Origin: Pseudoalteromonas translucida KMM 520
Lineage (GTDB): Bacteria; Pseudomonadota; Gammaproteobacteria; Enterobacterales; Alteromonadaceae
Assembly: GCF_001465295.1 (NCBI RefSeq)
Contig: NZ_CP011034.1
Location: 1,470,001 to 1,502,000 of the forward strand
Reading direction: 5' to 3'
Length of the DNA: 32,000 bases
Numbering within the stretch: the stretch's first letter is position 1; the number at the start of each line of letters is the position of its first letter. Below the pieces are notes generated by a model. It saw only the letters and a list, made by a program, of their open reading frames with translations, did not search any database and had not been told where the DNA came from. Shown here one piece after another: positions 25,593 to 32,000 of this stretch. A program made the position numbers and the translations under genes.

Positions 25593-26153
25593 ATGCAATA
25601 CCTAGTTATCAGCGATATTTATGGTAAAACACCTTGTTTACAACAATTAGCTAAGCACTTTAATGCCGAAAACCAAATAGTTGATCCCTATAATGGAGTT
25701 AATCAAGCCCTTGAAAATGAAGATGAATACTATAAGTTATTTATTAAACACTGTGGCCATGATGAATATGCAGCCAAGCTTGAAGAATATTTTAATAAAT
25801 TAAGCAAACCCACTATTTGTATTGCATTTAGTGCCGGCGCTAGCGCTGCATGGCGGGCACAAGCGCGCACTACAACGGCGCACCTTAAAAAAGTAATTGC
25901 TTTTTACCCTACGCAAATACGTAATTATTTAAATATAGATGCCATTTCTCCATGTGAATTTATTTTTCCTGGGATTGAACCGCACTTTAATGTAGATGAA
26001 TTAATAACTAATTTATCGACCAAAAATAATGTGTGCTGTTTAAAAACACTTTATTTGCATGGTTTTATGAATCAGCAGTCACAAAATTTTAGTAAATATG
26101 GTTACCAATATTTTTATAAAGTTATAAAAACAGCGAATAGCGAAGCGTATTAA
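25593..26153 (+). CDS. Alpha/beta hydrolase, dienelactone-hydrolase-like
   Basis: 186 aa. N-terminal VISDIYGKT, nucleophile-elbow-like CIAFSAGASAAW and C-terminal LHGF resemble compact DLH-family proteins. AAGGGAAA lies upstream of the ATG. Confidence 0.6.
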   Translation: MQYLVISDIYGKTPCLQQLAKHFNAENQIVDPYNGVNQALENEDEYYKLFIKHCGHDEYAAKLEEYFNKLSKPTICIAFSAGASAAWRAQARTTTAHLKKVIAFYPTQIRNYLNIDAISPCEFIFPGIEPHFNVDELITNLSTKNNVCCLKTLYLHGFMNQQSQNFSKYGYQYFYKVIKTANSEAY

Positions 26154-26367
26154 AATGCTTGGCTGCAAATAATAAGTGCCTGCAAAAACACTAAGATTAC
26201 TTTTCCAGTTTTAATTATTATAAGCTGCGCCAATTCACAAACTCATTTATTAACAGCTATAAAATGGTAAGTTCTGACTATTCATTACTGTAATAGTCGC
26301 TATAAAAAGCAACTGCAGACACGCTTAATTTAACATGCTTTAATCGAGGGTAATGTACTTTTGATGG

Positions 26368-27627
26368 ATGTTAGCTTTGCAGTATCAACATATTAATGTG
26401 CCCGAGCAGGGGCAAAGCATAAAAATAGCAAAAAATGGCCAATGGCAAATTCCGTTGCAACCTATTATTGCTTACATTGATGGTGATGGCGTAGGCCAAG
26501 ATGTGATGCCGGTAATGCGAAAAGTGGTTGATAGCGCGATAGCGCATTGTTATCAAGCAAAGCGAAAAATTCATTGGATGCAAGTGTACAATGGTGAGCA
26601 AGCAGCCAAACTATATGATGGTGATTGGTTTCCACAAGAAACCATAAATGCAGTGAGAGAATGTAAAATAGCGATTAAGGGGCCATTAACGACTCCTTTG
26701 GGTGGCGGTTTTCGCTCGCTTAACGTAGCACTTAGACAAGAAATGGATTTATTTGTCAATATGCGCACTATAAAGGGCTTTAGTGCATTGCCATCGCCGT
26801 TAAAAAACCCTTATTTAACTAATATCACCGTGTTGCGCGATAGCAGTGAGGATGTTTACTCGGGTATAGAGTGGCAAGCTGGTAGTGTTGAAAGCGAAAA
26901 AGTACTCGATTTTTTATGCGAAGAAATGGGGGTTACGCGTTTAAGGTTTACTCAAGAGTGCGGAATTGGCATTAAAAATATTTCTAAAGAAGGCTCAGAG
27001 CGCCTAGTACGTTACGCAATTAATTATGCGCTAAAAAATAACAGCGAATCGCTGACGTTAGTACACAAAGGTAATGTGCTTAAATTTACCGATGGTGCAT
27101 TTAAACGCTGGGGCTTTGCACTCGCTAAGTGTGAATTCCAAGCCATTGACGATGAAAACGGCCGTTGGTTACATATTCCACGACAAGGGCAGCCGCCACT
27201 TATAATTAAAGAAGTTATAGCCGATAACATGTTACAGCAGTGTTTAATGCACCCAGAGCAATTTGATGTAGTTGCAACCACCAATCAAAATGGGGACTTT
27301 TTAGCCGATATGCTTAGTGCACAAGTAGGTGGGGTAGGCATAATGCCGGCGGCTAATTTAAATAATGAGGTAGCATTTTTTGAGCCCACGCACGGTACAT
27401 TTGCGCGTATTGCTGGGCAAAATAAAGCGAATCCGAGCAGCAGTATTTTAAGTGCGGTATTAATGCTTAAGTTTATGCAGTGGCATGAGGCGGCTAACTT
27501 AATAGAAAATGCCCTAGAGCGCACGTTAGCGACGGGAGAGGTTACGTTTGATTTGCTATCTGAGCCTCATAACTCGATGCCCTTAAGTTGTACAGACTTT
27601 GCACTTAGGGTCATCGAGCATTTTTAA
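26368..27627 (+). CDS. icd: Homodimeric (type I, E. coli-like) isocitrate dehydrogenase with a divergent cofactor pocket
   Basis: Collinear with E. coli Icd: IAYIDGDGVGQDV, IKGPLTTPLGGGFRSLNVALRQ (Ser116 equals the AceK target Ser113), LRDSSEDVY, LVHKGNVLKF, NQNGDFLAD and EPTHGT. Confidence 0.88.
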   Translation: MLALQYQHINVPEQGQSIKIAKNGQWQIPLQPIIAYIDGDGVGQDVMPVMRKVVDSAIAHCYQAKRKIHWMQVYNGEQAAKLYDGDWFPQETINAVRECKIAIKGPLTTPLGGGFRSLNVALRQEMDLFVNMRTIKGFSALPSPLKNPYLTNITVLRDSSEDVYSGIEWQAGSVESEKVLDFLCEEMGVTRLRFTQECGIGIKNISKEGSERLVRYAINYALKNNSESLTLVHKGNVLKFTDGAFKRWGFALAKCEFQAIDDENGRWLHIPRQGQPPLIIKEVIADNMLQQCLMHPEQFDVVATTNQNGDFLADMLSAQVGGVGIMPAANLNNEVAFFEPTHGTFARIAGQNKANPSSSILSAVLMLKFMQWHEAANLIENALERTLATGEVTFDLLSEPHNSMPLSCTDFALRVIEHF

Positions 27628-27639
27628 ACAACACCATTA

Positions 27640-28086
27640 TTAGGCTGCAGATACGTTAACAAGGTTTACGCGATGCGTACATGCACGGTTAGTTAACTGC
27701 GCAGCACGATGATAAATAGCATGTGCATCTTGGTCGGTATTAAAAGTGCCGCTAAGCGTATCCATTAACGCAACTACAATAATGGCTGGCACTTGGCAGC
27801 AATGCTCATCAAGAACGGCCTCTGTTGTTTGCGAGTCTACATTGCAATAAGGATGATTATTATGCTGATAAGCATTAAGCAGTGTTTGCACGTCTAAAAC
27901 ATCATCCGCATTATGTTTAGTTTTACGACAAGTACAGCCAAATTCATCTACTAAAGTGGCAAGTACCTGGTAAATATCATCGCTTGGCATCGCCGCTTGT
28001 GGTGATAACTGCTGCTCAATAAATTGATGAAAATGGCTATTAATAAACAATCCGTCTTGTTGGGTGAAGCTTGATGTAGTTTGCAT
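27640..28086 (-). CDS. Orphan Cys/His-rich hypothetical protein (148 aa)
   Basis: The ORF converges on icd with only a 12-nt gap. AAGAGTAATAATT lies upstream of the ATG. No family is confidently recognised; see the finding on resemblance to the malate synthase G N-terminus. Confidence 0.5.
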   Translation of the reverse strand: MQTTSSFTQQDGLFINSHFHQFIEQQLSPQAAMPSDDIYQVLATLVDEFGCTCRKTKHNADDVLDVQTLLNAYQHNNHPYCNVDSQTTEAVLDEHCCQVPAIIVVALMDTLSGTFNTDQDAHAIYHRAAQLTNRACTHRVNLVNVSAA

Positions 28087-28393
28087 AATTATTACTCTTA
28101 GTTAGTTGGCTTAACTTCACTCTAGCGCTAACTCTAGTATTAATAAAATTGTTGTTTTCAATAACTGATATTGATTATATCAATACTGTTAAATTGCTAC
28201 GAATTTTAGTGTGTTTAGCAAGGCTACATTAAGCCTAATTAGCTTACAGTAGCCATAGTTGCTAATTTTAAAAACTAGATACACAGGCTTAACCATATTG
28301 GTATAAGTATCTATTATTAGTAAGTTAACAGGTAACAATAACCTTGTAACTCAGGCAATGGTTTAATCACTAACTAACAATAAAGAGACTGCT

Positions 28394-28762
28394 ATGAAAA
28401 TTTTTTCTCCTGCTATTATTATCACCACATTAATGCTTTCGGCTTGTGGTAATGAGCTACAAGACAACAGCAATACCGACGTGAAAAACACTGCACAAAC
28501 AGCAGTAATAGTGCATAACTATCAGTGTGAAAGTGGTAATACAATAGCGGTAACTTACTCCTCTACAGACACTGCAACAGTTGACTATTTAGGTACAGAA
28601 TACGAGATGAAGATTGCTGTGTCGGCCAGTGGCGCACGCTATATGAATGACAAGTATGAGTTTTGGACCAAAGCATCAGGTAATGGCTCTGAAGGCACGC
28701 TGTTTAGCCATATGCAAGATGGTAGCACGGGTGATGCAATTGAAACGTGTACAGCGCTATAA
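28394..28762 (+). CDS. mliC: MliC-family lipoprotein (membrane-bound inhibitor of C-type lysozyme)
   Basis: Lipobox LMLSAC. YQCESGNTIAVTY...YEMKIAVSASGARYMNDKYEFWTKASGNG matches the MliC beta-barrel pattern (Y.C...., SGA.Y, W.KG). AAGAGA Shine-Dalgarno. Confidence 0.75.
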   Translation: MKIFSPAIIITTLMLSACGNELQDNSNTDVKNTAQTAVIVHNYQCESGNTIAVTYSSTDTATVDYLGTEYEMKIAVSASGARYMNDKYEFWTKASGNGSEGTLFSHMQDGSTGDAIETCTAL

Positions 28763-28803
28763 GCCTTATTAATATGCATTAAAGCCTAAACTGAGGCGAA
28801 TTA

Positions 28804-28843
28804 AACGAGTAATTTTCTACACTTACAGTGCAAGTTACTCGTT
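28804..28843. terminator. Candidate terminator hairpin between mliC (+) and the LysR gene (-)
   Basis: 9-bp stem aacgagtaa (28804-28812) / ttactcgtt (28835-28843) with an inner cact/agtg stem. Only a weak T-rich tail follows (gtaaatttta). Confidence 0.3.
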
Positions 28844-28874
28844 GTAAATTTTATATACCTTTGCACTAGTATTA

Positions 28875-29822
28875 CTACCTGTCGGCAATTGTTTTTGCAA
28901 ATTCCAGTAATTCTCTGCGTAACCACTGATGCGCTGATGCATGATGCAACAAAGGGCTCCAGATCATTTTTACCTCAATAGGTACAATTTGAAAAGGCAC
29001 AGGGCTGATGACCAAGTTAGTATGTGTAGTTAACAGCTTAGCTTGGCGACGTGGTAGTGTAGCAATCAACTTATCTGACTGGCACAGTAAACTGGCAATC
29101 ATGTAATGGCGTGTAAAAACGCGTATTTTTCGAGTTTGTTCTAATTGCCACAGTGCTTCGTCTACCCAGCCTAACTTTTGCTTACCAGATTTATTAGTAA
29201 CTGCGGGCTCTGGCCCCCAACCTGCACGGTTTACCCAAATATGTTCGCTTTTTAAGTAATCTTCTAAGCTCGATTGCTGTAAAAATTGATTGTTGGGATG
29301 TGTTAAACAGCAATAGTTATCGCGCCAAACCGTAGCCTGGTGAAACGAACGTGGTAGACCATTAAAGCGGTTAATTGCTAAATCTATGGTGCCTTTTTCC
29401 ATATCTTGCAGATTTACATCACTTGGGCTGAGTATATCAAAATTTATTCCCGGGTTTTTACCCAGCTGTTCGGTTATAAAAGGGGCTATTAACGTCGACT
29501 CTAAATAATCGTTTGCCATAATTCTAAACGTTACTTTGGCACTTGTAGGATCAAATAGCTCAGTGGGCTGAGTGATTTCTTCAGCCATTTTAAGCAATAA
29601 CTCTATTTCGGGCTTTAGTACCAGCGCTTTTGCTGTGGGCGCCATAGAGCCTGAAGCCCGCACCAAAAGCGGGTCGTCAAATAAGTCGCGCAGCCGCTTT
29701 AACGCATTACTCATAGCAGGTTGAGTGAGTGCGAGTTTATTAGCCGCTTTAGAAACACTTTTTTCGTCTATTAGTACGTTTAGGTACACAAGCAAGTTGA
29801 GATCGACATTTCTTATATTCAT
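28875..29822 (-). CDS. LysR-family transcriptional regulator, divergent from aceK
   Basis: N-terminal HTH block DLNLLVYLNVLIDEKSVSKAANKLALTQPAMSNALKRLR plus a LysR substrate-binding domain of about 200 aa. Confidence 0.9.
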   Translation of the reverse strand: MNIRNVDLNLLVYLNVLIDEKSVSKAANKLALTQPAMSNALKRLRDLFDDPLLVRASGSMAPTAKALVLKPEIELLLKMAEEITQPTELFDPTSAKVTFRIMANDYLESTLIAPFITEQLGKNPGINFDILSPSDVNLQDMEKGTIDLAINRFNGLPRSFHQATVWRDNYCCLTHPNNQFLQQSSLEDYLKSEHIWVNRAGWGPEPAVTNKSGKQKLGWVDEALWQLEQTRKIRVFTRHYMIASLLCQSDKLIATLPRRQAKLLTTHTNLVISPVPFQIVPIEVKMIWSPLLHHASAHQWLRRELLEFAKTIADR

Positions 29823-29924
29823 TTAATCAATCTTATTTATTTACTGTATTAATTATCTAAATTAAAGCCTGCTTGCTAAGGTGTAAACAACTAAAAAATA
29901 ATAGCCGTAATAAGCCTAGTAAAT

Positions 29925-31703
29925 ATGCCAGATATAATAACGAATAAACTGCAAAATAGTACAGTGCAAGATGTGATTGCGACTAAGTTAGCGCGCGCCG
30001 TATTTGCTGGGTTTGAAGCTATGTTTGCCACCTTTTTAAATATAACCTTGGGCGCACAAAGCCGCTTTGAACAGCGACAATATCACGAGGTACAAAGTGC
30101 TATGCGCGAGCGTTTACAAGTGTATGAGCGCCAAGTTAAAAGTGTAAGTGAAGCGGTAAAGGTTATTGCCTACGCGGAGTTAAGCTGTCCACAGACCTGG
30201 CAATTAGCTAAAAATATTTATGGCGATATGGTAAAAAACCATGAAAACGAGCCAATAGCGCATACTTTTTTTAATTCTACCTTTGGTGCCATTTGGGACG
30301 ATAAAAAAATACGTACTGTGCATTTATTTGTATTAAAAGCTAAATATCGTACCCAACCACGACCATACGACAGCTTAGTTAAACGTATTTCATTACAGCA
30401 TGGCTTTAATAGCGCAATAAAAACGCTGATCACTAATCAGGTATTTAGAGTGCCATTTAGTAACTTAAACCAAGATGTTGCCACCTTACAAGCTACTTTA
30501 ACGCAAGGTGCTAAGCAGCAATGCCGACAAGTCTATGAGTTAATAAATTTAAACGACGGCTATATAGAATACGCATATTCACATTTTTATAGAAACAAAG
30601 CCTGTTACTTAATAGGCCGATGCATTGCTAAAAATGGCGGTAATATGCCCTTTGCTATTGCCATTTTAAATACCCCTAACGGGCTTAAAATTGATGCGGT
30701 AATGATGGGCGCCGATCAGCTAAGTTTACTATTTGGTTTTGCGCGCACGTATTTTATGGTCGATACCGACCAACCTGCGCGTTATGTAGATTACTTAAGT
30801 GTACTTATGCCGCATAAACAGCGCTTTGAGCTATTTAATGCGATTGGCTTTATAAAACATGCCAAAACAGAGTTTTATCGTTATAAAGTAGATACCACTA
30901 AAAATAGCTCCGCGAGTTTTAAATATGTAGCTGCGCCAGGTACGCCGGGCATGGTAATGCTAGTGTTTACTATTGCTGGCTCCGACCATGTTTATAAAGT
31001 GATTAAAGATAAATTTAGCGCGCCAAAAACCGCCACTAAAGCGCAAGTAAAAGAAAAATACAACTTTGTAAAACAAGCCGATAGAGTAGGGCGACTGGTG
31101 GATACGCATGAGTTTAGGTATTTAGCATTTGATTTAAGCCGCTTTAGCGAGCAGTTACTGCAACAAATGAAAGAGAACATTGGGTCTAGTTTAATTATTT
31201 CGGGCAAGGCGCTTATTTTAAAACATGTTTATGTTGAGCGAAAAATGACGCCGCTTAATTTATACATAAATGATTGCGACAGCAAAGCACTTGCACAAGT
31301 GATGCTAGATTACGGTAGAGCAATTAAAGACTTAGCAGGTGCTAATATTTTCCCTGGCGATATGCTAATGAAAAACTTTGGTGTTACGCGCTGGGGGCGG
31401 GTGGTGTTTTATGATTATGACGAAATTTGCCCACTTACCGATTGCAACTTTAGAGAAGTGCCGCAAACGCAAAATGCGCTAGAAGAGCTAAGCTCAGACT
31501 CGTATTTTGACATAGAGCCAAATGATATTTTTCCGAGTCAATTTAAAGTGTTTTTTAGTGCTAATGAATTGGCATTTAATGCTTTTAATAGTCATCACAG
31601 TGATTTATTTAACGCCCAGTTTTGGCAAACGTGCCAACAACAGGTACAACAAGGCTATTTACCCGACGTGTATCCATATAAACAAAGTTGGCGCTTTAAA
31701 TAA
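29925..31703 (+). CDS. aceK: Isocitrate dehydrogenase kinase/phosphatase
   Basis: Collinear with E. coli AceK: FYRNKACYLIGR, FGFARTYFMV, GTPGMVMLVFT, KVIKDKF, DRVGRLVDTHEF, ANIFPGDMLMKNFGVTRWGRVVFYDYDEI. Confidence 0.95.
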   Translation: MPDIITNKLQNSTVQDVIATKLARAVFAGFEAMFATFLNITLGAQSRFEQRQYHEVQSAMRERLQVYERQVKSVSEAVKVIAYAELSCPQTWQLAKNIYGDMVKNHENEPIAHTFFNSTFGAIWDDKKIRTVHLFVLKAKYRTQPRPYDSLVKRISLQHGFNSAIKTLITNQVFRVPFSNLNQDVATLQATLTQGAKQQCRQVYELINLNDGYIEYAYSHFYRNKACYLIGRCIAKNGGNMPFAIAILNTPNGLKIDAVMMGADQLSLLFGFARTYFMVDTDQPARYVDYLSVLMPHKQRFELFNAIGFIKHAKTEFYRYKVDTTKNSSASFKYVAAPGTPGMVMLVFTIAGSDHVYKVIKDKFSAPKTATKAQVKEKYNFVKQADRVGRLVDTHEFRYLAFDLSRFSEQLLQQMKENIGSSLIISGKALILKHVYVERKMTPLNLYINDCDSKALAQVMLDYGRAIKDLAGANIFPGDMLMKNFGVTRWGRVVFYDYDEICPLTDCNFREVPQTQNALEELSSDSYFDIEPNDIFPSQFKVFFSANELAFNAFNSHHSDLFNAQFWQTCQQQVQQGYLPDVYPYKQSWRFK

Positions 31704-31792
31704 GGTGTGTTGATCCCCATATATAAATTACATTAATTTAGTTATGCAACGTTTAGTATTAGCGTTTAGTTATATAAAGCTTAGGAGTGGCA

Positions 31793-32000
31793 ATGAAATA
31801 CATTTCTCATGAAGATGGCATACTTGCATTTAATGAAACCAATAAACCGGTTTTAAAGAGCCATGAAGTACTGGTAAAAGTAGCCGCCATTGGTGTAAAT
31901 CGCGCCGATTGTATGCAACGCCAAGGTAAGTATCCGGCGCCAAAAGACGACAGCCAAATATTAGGATTAGAGTGTGCAGGCACCGTTTGCGATATTGGTG
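31793..32000 (+). CDS. NAD(P)H:quinone oxidoreductase (zinc-independent MDR, PIG3/Qor-like); the 3' end lies outside the window
   Basis: AGGAG Shine-Dalgarno, then MKYISHEDGILAFNETNKPVLKSHEVLVKVAAIGVNRADCMQRQGKYPAPKDDSQILGLECAGTV. The VNRAD..QRxGxYP block is typical of this family. Confidence 0.8.
   Translation, partial: MKYISHEDGILAFNETNKPVLKSHEVLVKVAAIGVNRADCMQRQGKYPAPKDDSQILGLECAGTVCDIG

Noticed and set aside
28150-28190. Inverted repeat TATTGAT-TAT-ATCAATA upstream of mliC, considered as an operator
   Set aside because: It is a 7-bp AT-rich palindrome in an AT-rich intergenic region and is not statistically distinctive. It is noted only for completeness.
1710-28762. A lysozyme or peptidoglycan theme: Bax glucosaminidase, an LprI-like protein and MliC in one window
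   Set aside because: The three genes are 6-20 kb apart, in unrelated transcription units, separated by housekeeping operons. Nothing indicates a functional system.
177-28843. Shared hairpin arms CGAGTAA/TTACTCG in the terminator at 177-202 and the hairpin at 28804-28843, considered as a dispersed REP-like repeat family
   Set aside because: Only 7-8 nt are shared. The loops and flanks differ, and there are just two copies, which is compatible with chance in AT-rich DNA.
1-32000. Search for CRISPR arrays, transposases or IS ends, integrases, phage or defence-island genes, tRNA and rRNA genes
   Set aside because: I found no repeat-spacer periodicity, no terminal inverted repeats flanking any gene block, no recombinase-like ORFs and no tRNA-like cloverleaf candidates in the intergenic regions. 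The window reads as core chromosome with conserved enterobacterial-type synteny.

Overview
This 32 kb window looks like ordinary core chromosome of an AT-leaning marine gammaproteobacterium. The gene content and synteny suggest Alteromonadales or Pseudoalteromonas, but that is inference only. I count about 35 real genes and found no rRNA, tRNA, CRISPR array, transposase, integrase or phage genes.

The centrepiece is a complete minus-strand trp operon, trpE-G-D-C(F)-B-A (13196-19814). Upstream of it, transcribed divergently, sit trpH/rnm, yciO and scpA, which matches the enterobacterial trp/yciV/yciO neighbourhood.

Other content:
- a dGTPase-like HD protein
- a Bax-like glucosaminidase followed by a secreted protein
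- a membrane GGDEF cyclase
- a YfcH-like SDR
- an AI-2E transporter
- a FAD amine-oxidase-like protein
- a four-gene PepSY / OmpR-type regulator / PhoQ-like kinase / DUF1311-like operon
- yciI
- an NSS sodium symporter
- an HU paralog
- cytochrome b561 plus yceI
- a periplasmic binding-protein-like gene
- a dienelactone-hydrolase-like gene
- a loose glyoxylate-bypass control cluster: icd, an orphan Cys/His-rich ORF, mliC, a LysR regulator and aceK

The most unusual thing I can read directly is the trp control region. It holds two tandem, paralogous Trp-codon leader peptides (WWW and WW). Each is followed by its own alternative-pairing segments and its own intrinsic terminator, whereas the textbook arrangement has a single trpL attenuator.

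Secondary observations:
- The AceK-linked isocitrate dehydrogenase keeps the phospho-serine, but most of its NADP 2'-phosphate ligands are replaced by NAD-type residues.
- An orphan ORF resembles the N-terminus of malate synthase G.
- A 55-aa ORF with its own terminator is missing from the ORF track.
- A GC-rich structured island lies in an otherwise AT-rich intergenic region.

All homology calls come from recalled family motifs. No search was run and novelty cannot be verified here.
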